Shown here: one piece after another, positions 37,967 to 48,236 of the stretch
How the letters are laid out: each line of letters starts with the position of its first letter
Numbering within the stretch: position 1 is the first letter of the stretch
From: an uncultured Candidatus Actinomarina sp.
GTDB taxonomy: Bacteria > Actinomycetota > Acidimicrobiia > Actinomarinales > Actinomarinaceae
Assembly: GCA_902613615.1 (NCBI GenBank)
Contig: CACMHQ010000001.1
Location: forward strand, 204,567-268,566
Length of the DNA stretch: 64,000 bases
Direction: 5' to 3'
Position numbers and translations under genes: made by a program
The notes under the pieces: model-generated
Seen by the model: the letters and a program-made list of their open reading frames with translations, nothing else
The model's database searches: none
Told to the model about the DNA's origin: nothing

Positions 37967-38422
37967 ATGACGATTTCAAATGTTAAAATTATCAATATGG
38001 AAGAGATTAAACCAGATAATAAAGACTTTAGAATTGCTGAATTACACGTTGAAGGATTATCTAACCCACAGATTGCTGTTGCATTAGGTATTAATAGATC
38101 TACTGTTTATAGAAGATTACAAACTCCACAATGTAAAGCCGTTGTAAATGAAATTCGAAATATATACCATAATTCATTAATTGCAAGATTGCACAATCTA
38201 GCTTCAAAAGTTATCACTGCTTATGAAAAAAAAGTTTTAGATGGAGATGTAACTGCTGGAGAATTAAACGGATTTTTAAGAGTATTATCTAATCTCTTTA
38301 TAAAAGATACAACCATGTATGAATTTGAAAATCCAGAAATTGTAAGTTATGTACAATTTCAAAGAGATCTAGATGTTACACCTGTCGAAAGATTTAAGAA
38401 TGGTGAGAAAGAACAATTTTAG
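37967..38422 (+). CDS. helix-turn-helix DNA-binding protein (hypothetical)
   Basis: GLSNPQIAVALGINRSTVYRRL is a clear HTH. The rest is unassigned. Lies 2 nt upstream of the LLM oxidoreductase gene. Confidence 0.45.
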   Translation: MTISNVKIINMEEIKPDNKDFRIAELHVEGLSNPQIAVALGINRSTVYRRLQTPQCKAVVNEIRNIYHNSLIARLHNLASKVITAYEKKVLDGDVTAGELNGFLRVLSNLFIKDTTMYEFENPEIVSYVQFQRDLDVTPVERFKNGEKEQF

Positions 38423-38424
38423 GT

Positions 38425-39459
38425 ATGGAAATCGGAATAGATTCATTCGCTAAAAAAACTCAAACTAATGACGGTGGGACAGTGGATGATGATGCAAAAG
38501 CAATGTCTGAATTAATTGAAAGAATTGTACATGCAGATAAAGTGGGACTTGATGTTTTTGGACTTGGAGAGCATCACAGAGAAGAATTCCTAGATTCAGC
38601 AGCTCATAATATACTTGCAGCAGCTGCGGCAAAAACAGACAATATAAAACTTACAAGTGCAGTGGCAGTTATCAGTGCAACAGATCCTGTCAGACTTTTT
38701 CAAAATTATGCAACCTTAGATCTTATTTCAAATGGAAGGGCCGGCATTGTCGCTGGTAGAGGTTCTTTTACCGAAGCTTTTCCTTTGTTTGGGTTAGATT
38801 TCGGTGACTATGATGATTTATACGCTGAGAAGCTTGATCTTTTGTTAAAAATTAGAGATGAAGAAAATGTTACTTGGTCTGGTAAATTTAGACCTCCTTT
38901 AGTTAACCAAATCGTATATCCAAGACCTGTACAGGATAAATTACCGATATGGGTTGGAGTTGGAGGAACACCTGCTTCTTTTGTTCGAGCAGGAACTCTT
39001 GGTTTACCATTAATGATCGCTGTTATTGGTGGTGAAACACATAGGTTTAGACCACTAGTAGATCTTTATTACGAGGCGGCAGAAAAAGCGGGACATGATA
39101 AATCAACTTTAAAGGTTGGATTACATTCTTTAGGTTTCGTTGCCAATTCTAAAGAGGAGGCTATTGAGAAATATTACCCTGGTTACAGAATCTGGTTCAA
39201 TCAAATTGGTAAAGAACGAGGATGGCCACCCGTCACAATGGAGAGATTTGAAGAACAAATAGGCGATCTGGGTGCATATGTAATTGGAGGCCCCGAAGAA
39301 GTTGCAGATAAGTTAGTAAGACATAGTAAAGCTTTAGGAGGGTTATCACGTTTTACATTTCAGATAGACAATGCAGGTTTAAGTCACGATGATTTATTAC
39401 AAACATTTACGCTTATTGGAGAAGTGGTAAAACCACTTGTTAATGAACGGATTCAATAA
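38425..39459 (+). CDS. luciferase-like (LLM class) flavin/F420-dependent oxidoreductase
   Basis: GEHH, TLDLISNGRAGIVAGRG and WVGVGGTP patterns of the LLM family. Confidence 0.8.
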   Translation: MEIGIDSFAKKTQTNDGGTVDDDAKAMSELIERIVHADKVGLDVFGLGEHHREEFLDSAAHNILAAAAAKTDNIKLTSAVAVISATDPVRLFQNYATLDLISNGRAGIVAGRGSFTEAFPLFGLDFGDYDDLYAEKLDLLLKIRDEENVTWSGKFRPPLVNQIVYPRPVQDKLPIWVGVGGTPASFVRAGTLGLPLMIAVIGGETHRFRPLVDLYYEAAEKAGHDKSTLKVGLHSLGFVANSKEEAIEKYYPGYRIWFNQIGKERGWPPVTMERFEEQIGDLGAYVIGGPEEVADKLVRHSKALGGLSRFTFQIDNAGLSHDDLLQTFTLIGEVVKPLVNERIQ

Positions 39460-39533
39460 GAAAATTTAAATTATTCAATTGGATTTAATTATTAATTGTG
39501 TAATATTTGTTTAGGTAATAAGCCTGTTACCTC

Positions 39534-39565
39534 AAAAAAGAGTTCAGGAAACTGGACTCTTTTTT
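39534..39565. terminator. bidirectional intrinsic terminator between convergent genes
   Basis: A-run, then stem AGAGTTCAG/CTGGACTCT (9 bp, one G-T pair) with a GAAA loop, then a T-run. Confidence 0.6.
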
Positions 39566-39584
39566 ACGTGTTGAGACTATATTT

Positions 39585-39959
39585 TTAGCTAAGCCCACCT
39601 TTATATCTTTTAGATATTGGATTCATGGGTGCAAGACTTTCCATTAACTCATCAGATACATCACCAAGAACTGTCATTTTTTCAATATTTGCAATCTCTC
39701 GAAATTTTAAATTAACAGGTGTTCCCATTACTTTTCCAGCTAACCCTTGAAAATTTTCTGATTTCTCAAAAACCTCAACCAAAGTTCCTGTGTTGGAATC
39801 TTCATCAAGGAACCATTCAAACTTAATCAAACCTTCAGGATCGACACTATCAATAAACTGGCATTGTTCATTCAATATGAAATCTGTAAACATGTCTCTG
39901 TCATCGAATGACACATCAATAATTACTGTTATGTTTCCACTGTTATTATGTAATTGCAT
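39585..39959 (-). CDS. hypothetical protein (possibly ABM/Dabb-fold)
   Basis: ORF of 124 aa. The alpha+beta pattern is only weakly reminiscent of antibiotic-biosynthesis-monooxygenase-like proteins. Confidence 0.3.
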   Translation of the reverse strand: MQLHNNSGNITVIIDVSFDDRDMFTDFILNEQCQFIDSVDPEGLIKFEWFLDEDSNTGTLVEVFEKSENFQGLAGKVMGTPVNLKFREIANIEKMTVLGDVSDELMESLAPMNPISKRYKGGLS

Positions 39960-39975
39960 TTTTCTCCTTTTATTT

Positions 39976-41505
39976 TTATTTAATTATAGAACTTGCTGTA
40001 TCAACCCTAATGTCATGTGAAGCTTTCCAACTTTCACCAGTATTAACAATTGCTGATATAGGTCCATAGCTATTTTGCAAATCGTTAAGTTGATTTACTT
40101 TATGACCTCTCTTAATTAGATCATTAATAATTTTTTCATCTATCCCAGGTTCAATATTTAGTTCAGATACTGATTCTTTTCCGAATTCATCAATATTCCA
40201 TCTAGGAGAGATCATTGCATGTTCTAAATTTTCATTTTTAAGTATTTTTAAAATGAAATGGCTTAATAGTTGTGGTTGATACCTTCCACCTCTTGTACCT
40301 ATGACCATATCAAGATTTCCATCTACACTCCACATAGTTGGGGATAATGTATGAAGTGGTTTTCTTCCTGGCTTTAATGAGTTTGGATGATTCTGTATTA
40401 GATTAAATCCTGCCCCTCTATTGTGTAAAAAGAATCCTAAATCATCAACACCAATAGTGCTACCAATCCCATGAAAATTAGATTGAATTAGTGAGACTGC
40501 ATTCCCATCATTATCTTTAGTGCACATGTATGCCGTTCCACCACCTAGTTCTTTTGGCTGACCGAATACTGATGTCGTATCTTTATTTATCAGTTTTGAA
40601 AGATTTTTAAGATATTCAAGATCAAGACCATTAAATTGATCAATATTTTCACCATAATCATACGTCAGGTCATCTCGATCAGATGCAATTGCTCTATATG
40701 ATTCAACAAGTGTATGAAAGTCAATATAATCTGATCCATCATCTAGGAGCTCATAAATTTTTAATGTTCCAAGTGTTAGATAACTTTGTGTATGAGGGGG
40801 AGTAACCCAGCCTGTTTTGCCGTAGATATCTATCGATAAAGGTTCAATCCACTTTGATTCAAAAGATCTCAAATCGTCTTCAGTAATTACATGATTAAGC
40901 GTTTCTGAAATTTTCTTTGCAACTGATCCTCTATAAAAATATTCAGGGCCATCGATACTTAAACGTTTTAAAGTTTTACCAAGTAAGCTTCTTTTAATAA
41001 TTGCTCCAATTTCTGGTGACTCACCATCAGGAAATAATTCGGTACCAGATTCCTGTTTAATTAATGTATCTTTATGAAATGAAAGAGAATGATGTAGTTC
41101 AGTTGAAACTTTGAAACCTTCATCACATATCTTAATTGCATGACTAAAAATATTATCAATACTTAACTTCCCAAATCGTTCATGCATACTAAACCAGCCT
41201 TTAACAGCTCCCGGAACAGTTACCGACATTGGGTGATCCAAAGGAATACTTTTTTGTGTAGATAATTGTGAAATATCTACATTTGAACCAGCATATCCTG
41301 AAGAATCTAAACAAAAAGGAATTTTCTCACCATTAATCCAAATTAATGAAAATAAATCACCACCTATTCCACAAGTCTCAGGTGCTACGACTCCTTGGAC
41401 AATATTGGTACCGATTGCTGCATCAATAGCGTTCCCACCATTTTGAAGAATTTCTATTCCGGCATTAGTTGAAAGATAATGTGGAGAAACTACGATATTA
41501 GACAT
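39976..41505 (-). CDS. ggt: gamma-glutamyltransferase family protein
   Basis: GIGGDLF, the autoprocessing region GGGTAY, and PLHTLSPTM motifs. Confidence 0.85.
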   Translation of the reverse strand: MSNIVVSPHYLSTNAGIEILQNGGNAIDAAIGTNIVQGVVAPETCGIGGDLFSLIWINGEKIPFCLDSSGYAGSNVDISQLSTQKSIPLDHPMSVTVPGAVKGWFSMHERFGKLSIDNIFSHAIKICDEGFKVSTELHHSLSFHKDTLIKQESGTELFPDGESPEIGAIIKRSLLGKTLKRLSIDGPEYFYRGSVAKKISETLNHVITEDDLRSFESKWIEPLSIDIYGKTGWVTPPHTQSYLTLGTLKIYELLDDGSDYIDFHTLVESYRAIASDRDDLTYDYGENIDQFNGLDLEYLKNLSKLINKDTTSVFGQPKELGGGTAYMCTKDNDGNAVSLIQSNFHGIGSTIGVDDLGFFLHNRGAGFNLIQNHPNSLKPGRKPLHTLSPTMWSVDGNLDMVIGTRGGRYQPQLLSHFILKILKNENLEHAMISPRWNIDEFGKESVSELNIEPGIDEKIINDLIKRGHKVNQLNDLQNSYGPISAIVNTGESWKASHDIRVDTASSIIK

Positions 41506-41638
41506 TAGTTAAAGTATCTATAAAATGCTAAGACAATAAATGATCCCCATATTATTTTCTCAAATCGTTTCGAAACCCAGAGTCTGCCATATGATTTGTG
41601 AAAACCAAATAATAAAAAAAATCTTTTTATGAATGTGC

Positions 41639-42469
41639 TCATTCTTTATTTAGCTCGTTAATTAACTTATCTAATTCACCATCATCCATAGATATAGTGT
41701 GTTCAGAATTTGGATAGCTACTATTCTGTACATCAGTTTTAAATGCTTTGATTGCTTTACTTCTTTCTTGATTTAATTTATTTAAAATTTTATTACCATC
41801 GCCCCATGATTTTGCATGTCTAGGCATTTTTATTTCTTTTGTTTCACCAACAATGTCTTCAAAGAATAAAAATATAACATCACCACCAGAACCTGCTCCA
41901 AGTGAATTTAATACAAGATTGGTATGTTTACTTATTTCAATCAAAGCGTCTTCTGCAACACATTCAACTTCAGCTCCAAATGCTCCTGCATTCTCAAGAT
42001 CTTTTAAATCTTTTAGTATTCCAAGCGCTTCATCTACTGTTTTCCCGACAGTCCTTATCCCACCAAATTTTGTAGCATTCGATGGAACCATACCTACATG
42101 ACCTTGAACATGCATACCTTCATTTGCTAACATCTCAACTATTTCTGGACTACGTGGTGTTAATACCGAATCAGCACCTTTCATTGCTACTTCAATTGCG
42201 CCTTTTAATATATCCTCTTTTGTTATAAATCTTCCAGCAAATAAAGCTGCTGTAATAAATGTATTAGGAGCACCACTTCTTACATCCTCATATGCATCAC
42301 TTCCAGTGATAATCATGTCAATATTTTGGTCAGAAAGGATTTCCGCTTCTTCTTTATTTTGTGCAGTCACCTGTGTCATTTTTATACCATTTTTTTTATT
42401 TTCTATGATGTCCCCAATAGTTATATTTCTTTGAACTTGTTCATGACCATAGGTGTAAATTCTTTTCAT
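41639..42469 (-). CDS. PanB-like (3-methyl-2-oxobutanoate hydroxymethyltransferase family / ICL-PEPM superfamily) TIM-barrel protein
   Basis: The C-terminal half (GHVGMVP..GG....GKT.DEA..L.D...LE.AGAF..E.ECV) parallels PanB. The N-terminal GDS motif is replaced by GSD, so the function is uncertain. Confidence 0.45.
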   Translation of the reverse strand: MKRIYTYGHEQVQRNITIGDIIENKKNGIKMTQVTAQNKEEAEILSDQNIDMIITGSDAYEDVRSGAPNTFITAALFAGRFITKEDILKGAIEVAMKGADSVLTPRSPEIVEMLANEGMHVQGHVGMVPSNATKFGGIRTVGKTVDEALGILKDLKDLENAGAFGAEVECVAEDALIEISKHTNLVLNSLGAGSGGDVIFLFFEDIVGETKEIKMPRHAKSWGDGNKILNKLNQERSKAIKAFKTDVQNSSYPNSEHTISMDDGELDKLINELNKE

Positions 42470-42540
42470 AGCTACATTGTAGATTCAAGCTATCTTGAGG
42501 TTCAAATTTTAAACGTAAATCATAGTGATAACATATATGT

Positions 42541-43488
42541 ATGAAGATTTACTTACAGGCAAGAGGTAACTATCAAACATTACTTGACTTATCAACATGG
42601 TGCGAAAGTAATAACATAGAACGTATCGGATTGCCAGATCATTACATCGTGGGTAAGCAACGAAAAGATAAAGATGAACCAGCACCAGCATTAGATTTAT
42701 TAACCGCAATAGCTGGCTTAGTACGCGATACAGAGTCAATGATATATTCCGTTTTAGTATCTCCAATTACATTTAGACACCCAAGTGTTCTTCTTAAAAT
42801 GGCTACGACAATTAATGAGATGGCAAAAAAAAGACTTAGATTAGGTGTTGGCACTGGTTGGTTAGAAATTGAACATGAAGTATTTGGTATCAATTTTCCC
42901 GATCTTAAAACGAGGTTTGAAATGTTAGACGAGGCACTTGAATATTTAACTCAAGCCATGTTTGGAGAAAATAATGGATTTAACGGTAAATATTATCAAC
43001 TTGATAGTGTTCCAATACTTCCAAGCGCTAAAGGCGAAGTACCAATAATTATTGGAGGCGGTGGAAAGAAGAAGACTCCAACTCTTGCTGGTAAATATGC
43101 TGATGAATTTAATATTTACGCAGGACCTGAAGATGTATTAAAAAACAGTATTTCTCTTTTTTATGATGTTGCTACCCAGAATAATAGGGATGTAGAAAAA
43201 CTTGAAGTCTCCACTGCATGTCCACCTGTTGTTGGATTTACAAAAGACGAAGTTGATCAATCTTTAGTCGATGCAGCAAAATCTCTGATTCAGCCTAAAG
43301 ATGAAATTGCTAAAAACTGGAAAGATAGAAGTTATCTTTATGGAACTCCTGAAGAAATAGCTGAAACAATTGGTATGTGGAAGGATGCTGGTATTCAATC
43401 TGTCTATCTACAGCTGCTTGATCTAGATAAATATAAAAGAGAGAACGATATCGAAGTTATCAGAAAAGCTGTTGAACTAGCTTGTTAA
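42541..43488 (+). CDS. LLM-class F420-dependent oxidoreductase
   Basis: Luciferase-like TIM-barrel pattern (LGVGTGW, IIIGGGGKKKT). Confidence 0.75.
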   Translation: MKIYLQARGNYQTLLDLSTWCESNNIERIGLPDHYIVGKQRKDKDEPAPALDLLTAIAGLVRDTESMIYSVLVSPITFRHPSVLLKMATTINEMAKKRLRLGVGTGWLEIEHEVFGINFPDLKTRFEMLDEALEYLTQAMFGENNGFNGKYYQLDSVPILPSAKGEVPIIIGGGGKKKTPTLAGKYADEFNIYAGPEDVLKNSISLFYDVATQNNRDVEKLEVSTACPPVVGFTKDEVDQSLVDAAKSLIQPKDEIAKNWKDRSYLYGTPEEIAETIGMWKDAGIQSVYLQLLDLDKYKRENDIEVIRKAVELAC

Positions 43489-44265
43489 GATTCTAAGAGA
43501 TAACAAAATTGATACTATAACAAGTATCGGTCTAATTAATTTATCACCAATCTTTATTGCAGATTTTGAACCTAAATAAGCACCACTTATTCCACCTACG
43601 GCCATAATTAATCCAAGTTCCCAGATAACGTAACCTTGAATCGCAAAGATGATAAATGCTGCAAAGTTAGAAGCAAAGTTCAATAATTTTGAGGTTGCTG
43701 TTGACTCAAGTAAAGTTTGATTTTTAAAGACTAGAAATAACATAACAAAAAATGAGCCTGTTCCCGGTCCAAAAAAACCATCATAAAAACCAATAAGAAA
43801 AATTAATGGTGTTAATAAAATTATATAATTACTTAAGTCTGTTTTGACCTGTCTATTAATGACAAAAAATATAGCAACTGATATTAATAGGATTGGAATT
43901 AATGTTCTTAATATGTCATCTGAAAGCCTACTAACCATTAACGTTCCAGCTGATGATCCAATAAAAGACAATATAAAATATTTATTCTTATTTATATCTG
44001 TCAGATATCCATTAACGTAGTAATTTCTTGATGATGTAAAAGTACTAAATGAGGATTGAAATTTATTTGTACCCAACACAGTCAATGGATTTATTCCTAC
44101 CAACAACATAGATGGTGTAGTTAATAGCCCACCGCCGCCTGCGATTGAGTCTATAAACGAAGCAAGAATTGAAACCCCAAAGAGAAATAAATATACCGTA
44201 TTAGTGTCTTGAGTAATGTCCATAAAAAAATTTTTGAAATCGTTCTTGTTTATTTGATAATACAA
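43477..44265 (-). CDS. TauE/SafE (DUF81) family anion exporter
   Basis: Polytopic membrane profile. The GGGGLL and GPGTGSF motifs are typical of TauE. Confidence 0.75.
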   Translation of the reverse strand: MYYQINKNDFKNFFMDITQDTNTVYLFLFGVSILASFIDSIAGGGGLLTTPSMLLVGINPLTVLGTNKFQSSFSTFTSSRNYYVNGYLTDINKNKYFILSFIGSSAGTLMVSRLSDDILRTLIPILLISVAIFFVINRQVKTDLSNYIILLTPLIFLIGFYDGFFGPGTGSFFVMLFLVFKNQTLLESTATSKLLNFASNFAAFIIFAIQGYVIWELGLIMAVGGISGAYLGSKSAIKIGDKLIRPILVIVSILLSLRILTS

Positions 44266-44279
44266 CTAGATTTTTAATA

Positions 44280-44540
44280 ATGTTGACAATAGTTTCAGAA
44301 AGAATAGCTCAGGGATTCCTGTCAGGTATAGGTGTTGGCGCACTTTTTTACTTATATCCTGTCATGAAACATATTTTTAATGATAAATATCGAAGGACAT
44401 TTAAAATATCTGAATTTGGTGAAGAACTATTCAAAATTGAAACTATTAAATATCTAAGAAAAGGACTTATATATGGATTCCTTTACGGTGCAATTGTAGG
44501 TACTGTAATTGGTCCATTTGGTGCTGTCTTAGGTATTTAG
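44280..44540 (+). CDS. small membrane protein (hypothetical)
   Basis: ORF with two Gly-rich hydrophobic helices. Confidence 0.3.
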   Translation: MLTIVSERIAQGFLSGIGVGALFYLYPVMKHIFNDKYRRTFKISEFGEELFKIETIKYLRKGLIYGFLYGAIVGTVIGPFGAVLGI

Positions 44541-45064
44541 TGAAATACAAACCCCCTAAGTACATTCTTTTTTATGTTTATATCTTTTTTCTTTTGTACA
44601 CATTTTTATTCATTAGGCCACAACAGTCAGAACGTGTTCAACTTGGAGTTTATGAGTTGGAAAAATACAATGAGACGAAAGTTAATTTAAATATTTTTAA
44701 TATTCGTGAATTAGAAATAGAAATTATTGATACTTATACAACTCCAGATGACAAGATATGTAAATTTGAAGAAATATATATATTTGGCTCACTTCCTTCA
44801 TTTAATAGGTTTGTTCGTTTAAGAATTCAAGATGTTGATGTGAGTAGTGGTTTAAAGGTCACAAACGAAATAGAAAGTGAAAATTACTCTCGAGTTGATT
44901 ATCAAGATCCAATAAGTGTCATTTCCAAGACCTTTACGTGTATAAATGAATCTATATATATTGAATTTGAAGAAAATATAGACATTGAATACTTGAGAAT
45001 TATTCAAGACGATAGCGATACTTACAGAAGCGTTAAATTGATAAATATAGACGCGTACTCATAA
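44540..45064 (+). CDS. hypothetical N-terminally anchored protein
   Basis: GTG start overlaps the upstream stop. One TM helix, then a domain of about 140 aa with no recognised family. Confidence 0.35.
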   Translation: MKYKPPKYILFYVYIFFLLYTFLFIRPQQSERVQLGVYELEKYNETKVNLNIFNIRELEIEIIDTYTTPDDKICKFEEIYIFGSLPSFNRFVRLRIQDVDVSSGLKVTNEIESENYSRVDYQDPISVISKTFTCINESIYIEFEENIDIEYLRIIQDDSDTYRSVKLINIDAYS

Positions 45065-45085
45065 CATTTTTTCTAATATTTAATT

Positions 45086-46549
45086 ATGGATTATTTTTTA
45101 TCAATTGATCAAGGAACAACTAGTACACGGTGTATCTTGTTTGATCAAGATGGTGGCATAAAGTCAACTCATCAAGTTGAATTTAAACAGATCTTTCCAG
45201 ATAATAAATCAGTTGAACACGATCCTTATGAAATATTAGATACAGTAAAAGCTTGTATTCAATATGTAACAAAAGATACAGATATAAAGAGTATCAAGAG
45301 TATTGGTATAACAAATCAAAGAGAAACTACTGTTGCCTGGAGTAAATCTACTGGGAAACCTTTTTATAACGCTATCGTTTGGCAAGATACAAGAACACAG
45401 GATATCTGTGATGAATTAATTGCTGATGAGAGTCTTTCAAGTCTTTTTGAAAAAACCGGACTTCCTGTTGCTACTTATTTTTCTTTATCTAAGATTTTAT
45501 GGCTTATACGCAATGTTCCTGATATTAAAAAGTCTTTAGAAGATGATGTTTGTTTTGGAACGATTGATAGTTGGTTGATTTATAATTTAACCGGAAATTT
45601 CTATACTGATGTAACAAACGCATCCAGAACTCTTCTATATAACTTATATGATATGGAATGGTGCAGTGATCTACTAGAAAAATTAGATATACCTATCAAC
45701 TCTTTACCACAGGTAAAACCATCTTTCTCAAACTTTGGAGAGATGAAGGAGATAATACCTGGTGTTCCTGTTACAGCAATTTTAGGAGATCAACAAGCTG
45801 CATTATTTGGACAAAACTGTATTAACAAAGGTGATGTTAAAAATACATATGGTACTGGTTGTTTTGCACTCACAAACACAGGAAAAGATATTGTTAAATC
45901 AAACAATGGATTGTTAACAACTATTGCTTACCAAAAAGAAGGAGAAGATCCAATGTTTGCATTGGAAGGGTCAGTTCCGATTGCTGGAGCTGCAGTCCAA
46001 TGGTTAAGAGATAATTTAAATATTATCGATAAAAGTGAAGATATTGAATCATTAGCAATGCTGGAGAAAGATAACGGTGATGTATATTTTGTACCTGCTT
46101 TCTCTGGATTATTTTCTCCTCATTGGGACGAAACAGCAAGAGGTTCTTTATTTGGGTTAACAAGATTTTCAAATAAGTCACACATGGCAAGAGCGGTACT
46201 TGAATCTGTTGCATTTCAAACATACGAGTTGCTTGAAAGTATGGAAAAAGATCTTGATACTGATTTTGAAAGTCTCAAAGTAGATGGGGGAATGGTTGCA
46301 AACAATCTATTAATGCAATTTCAATCAGACATATTGGATAAATCTATTCATTCACAGGAAATTAATGAAATAACTGCTCTTGGAGTTGGTGTGGCAAGTT
46401 TTCTTTATGTCATGGATTTGCCACTTTCATCAATGGGAAATTATATTACGTCATCAAAGACTTGGAATCCCAATATGAGTAATGAGAAAAGAATTAACTC
46501 TCTTGAATCTTGGTATAAAGCAATTGAAAAAGCTAAAAATTGGTTATAA
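45086..46549 (+). CDS. glpK: glycerol kinase
   Basis: IDQGTTSTR, ITNQRETT and GDQQAALFGQ motifs. Confidence 0.95.
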   Translation: MDYFLSIDQGTTSTRCILFDQDGGIKSTHQVEFKQIFPDNKSVEHDPYEILDTVKACIQYVTKDTDIKSIKSIGITNQRETTVAWSKSTGKPFYNAIVWQDTRTQDICDELIADESLSSLFEKTGLPVATYFSLSKILWLIRNVPDIKKSLEDDVCFGTIDSWLIYNLTGNFYTDVTNASRTLLYNLYDMEWCSDLLEKLDIPINSLPQVKPSFSNFGEMKEIIPGVPVTAILGDQQAALFGQNCINKGDVKNTYGTGCFALTNTGKDIVKSNNGLLTTIAYQKEGEDPMFALEGSVPIAGAAVQWLRDNLNIIDKSEDIESLAMLEKDNGDVYFVPAFSGLFSPHWDETARGSLFGLTRFSNKSHMARAVLESVAFQTYELLESMEKDLDTDFESLKVDGGMVANNLLMQFQSDILDKSIHSQEINEITALGVGVASFLYVMDLPLSSMGNYITSSKTWNPNMSNEKRINSLESWYKAIEKAKNWL

Positions 46550-46905
46550 AGTTTATCACGCTTGGTTATGTCGGGTTTTTCGTAGTTGCTGGAATAAACC
46601 ATTTTATAAATCCAATTTTTTACGACAAAATTGTACCTGATTTTATTCCATTCCCACGTTTTGTTCATTTAGCAACAGGTGTAATCGAAATAATTCTCCC
46701 ATTGTTTTTTTTTACAAGATTCAGAAAAGAGGCAGCTATTTTGATGATAGTTTTTCTTGTTGTTATTTATATTGGAAATTTAAATGTATGGATAAATGAT
46801 CTACCTTATGGAAATCGATATTTATCAAATTACCAACATTTTTTAAGACTTTTGTTGCAGTTCTTTTATATAGGTGTTGCATACTTAATTTTTTTATTTG
46901 ATTAA
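46540..46905 (+). CDS. small polytopic membrane protein (DoxX-like?)
   Basis: Four hydrophobic helices. TTG start overlaps the glpK end. Family assignment is tentative. Confidence 0.35.
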   Translation: MVIKFITLGYVGFFVVAGINHFINPIFYDKIVPDFIPFPRFVHLATGVIEIILPLFFFTRFRKEAAILMIVFLVVIYIGNLNVWINDLPYGNRYLSNYQHFLRLLLQFFYIGVAYLIFLFD

Positions 46906-46936
46906 TGATTTTATAAAATTTGTGATTTAATAACCT

Positions 46937-48229
46937 ATGTCATATTTCAAATTTATTGTATTATTAACATTTTTAGCATGTAACAGTCCTACCACTACAG
47001 TCCCAGAAACTACCACTACAGTCCCAGAAACTACCACTACAGTCCCAGAAACTACATTTGGTGAATTATCTAATAGAACTTATTCATTTGATAATTGCCT
47101 CGATATGAATGCATCTAATTTAAAAATTTCATGTAAAACTGGTGCAAAAATACGATCTATTGTTTCATTTGGTGATGATACGATAAGTTCTGTTACAAAA
47201 TTTAATAATAAGTTATATATTTCAATAAAAAAAGGTCTTTTAATTGAATATGATCCAGTTTCAGGAGAACAAAACGAATTGTTCAATAAAGTTGGTATGT
47301 TAGCAATTAATAATGAAGGCGGCCTTTTAAGTTTTGCTGCATCACCTATTGAAAATAATTACGTAATTTCTTATAGTGACTCTTCCAAAAACCTTATATT
47401 TGAAAAATTTACATATGATGGCGAACTATCAAATGTAACAAATTCTGAAATATTATTTTCAGAAAACAATGAATCAGATTTTCATTACGCAGGGGGTGTC
47501 ATATGGTCAAATTATTATAATAATTATATTGCATCAATCGGCGATTTCACAAAGGCAACACCAACAGCCATATTTCAGACTAATTCTGTTAACACAACAA
47601 TCTATCCAGGAAAAGTGATATTACTAAATGAAAATGTAGATGTATCATCCGATATTATTCACACTGGAAATAAAAATATTTCTCCAAAAAATAATATAAT
47701 TGCATTTGGTTTTCGTAATCCATGGAGAATTCTTGAGTATAAGAACCGCATTATTGTTTTTGATGTTGGTATGAATGTTTATGAAGAAGTAAATATTTTA
47801 AAATATGAGAATACACCTGCCTATTTTGGATGGCCTTTTTATGAGGGAATAAAACAAACATCAGACATTTATAATATAAATAATTATTCTTTATCTATAG
47901 ACGTTATCTCTGATTCAAAAAATTCTAATCTTTTAGGTTTTATTGAAACTGAATCTATTTTCCCAAAATTTACATATACACATAATCCTGGTCCAAGAAC
48001 TGCAATTATTGGTGGCGATGTGGTTGATAACTTTGATAGTAAATATAATTACAACATTTTTTTTACAGACTTTATATCAGAAGAGATAATGTCTTATAAC
48101 ATGATAAATTCTGAGGTTAACATTTATCCTGTTAGTGATACTTGGGGTATAACTTCTTTAATTTTGTACAATGAAGAAATTGTAATTTCAACACTATCCG
48201 GTAATCTTATTTTTATCACGCTACCATAA
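46937..48229 (+). CDS. lipoprotein, PQQ-dependent/soluble sugar dehydrogenase-like beta-propeller
   Basis: Lipobox LTFLACN, a (TTTVPET)x3 linker, and the FGFRNPWR motif typical of the glucose/sorbosone dehydrogenase family. Confidence 0.55.
   Translation: MSYFKFIVLLTFLACNSPTTTVPETTTTVPETTTTVPETTFGELSNRTYSFDNCLDMNASNLKISCKTGAKIRSIVSFGDDTISSVTKFNNKLYISIKKGLLIEYDPVSGEQNELFNKVGMLAINNEGGLLSFAASPIENNYVISYSDSSKNLIFEKFTYDGELSNVTNSEILFSENNESDFHYAGGVIWSNYYNNYIASIGDFTKATPTAIFQTNSVNTTIYPGKVILLNENVDVSSDIIHTGNKNISPKNNIIAFGFRNPWRILEYKNRIIVFDVGMNVYEEVNILKYENTPAYFGWPFYEGIKQTSDIYNINNYSLSIDVISDSKNSNLLGFIETESIFPKFTYTHNPGPRTAIIGGDVVDNFDSKYNYNIFFTDFISEEIMSYNMINSEVNIYPVSDTWGITSLILYNEEIVISTLSGNLIFITLP
46991..47056 (+). 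repeat. perfect 21-bp tandem repeat x3 (accactacagtcccagaaact) plus a partial unit
   Basis: Read directly from the sequence. Encodes TTTVPET x3 in the lipoprotein linker. Confidence 0.95.
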
Positions 48230-48236
48230 GTTTCTA

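Noticed and set aside
41506-41638. 133-nt spacer upstream of ggt, containing the 10-bp palindrome GTTTCGAAAC (41567-41576) and a 30-codon plus-strand ORF (41541-41633)
   Set aside because: There is no terminator, no recognisable riboswitch or sRNA structure, and no RBS for the mini-ORF. It is most simply the ggt promoter/5' UTR. The palindrome alone is too short to interpret.
44628-44637. Palindrome GAACGTGTTC resembling a LexA box
   Set aside because: The spacer is 2 nt rather than 4, and the sequence lies inside a coding region.
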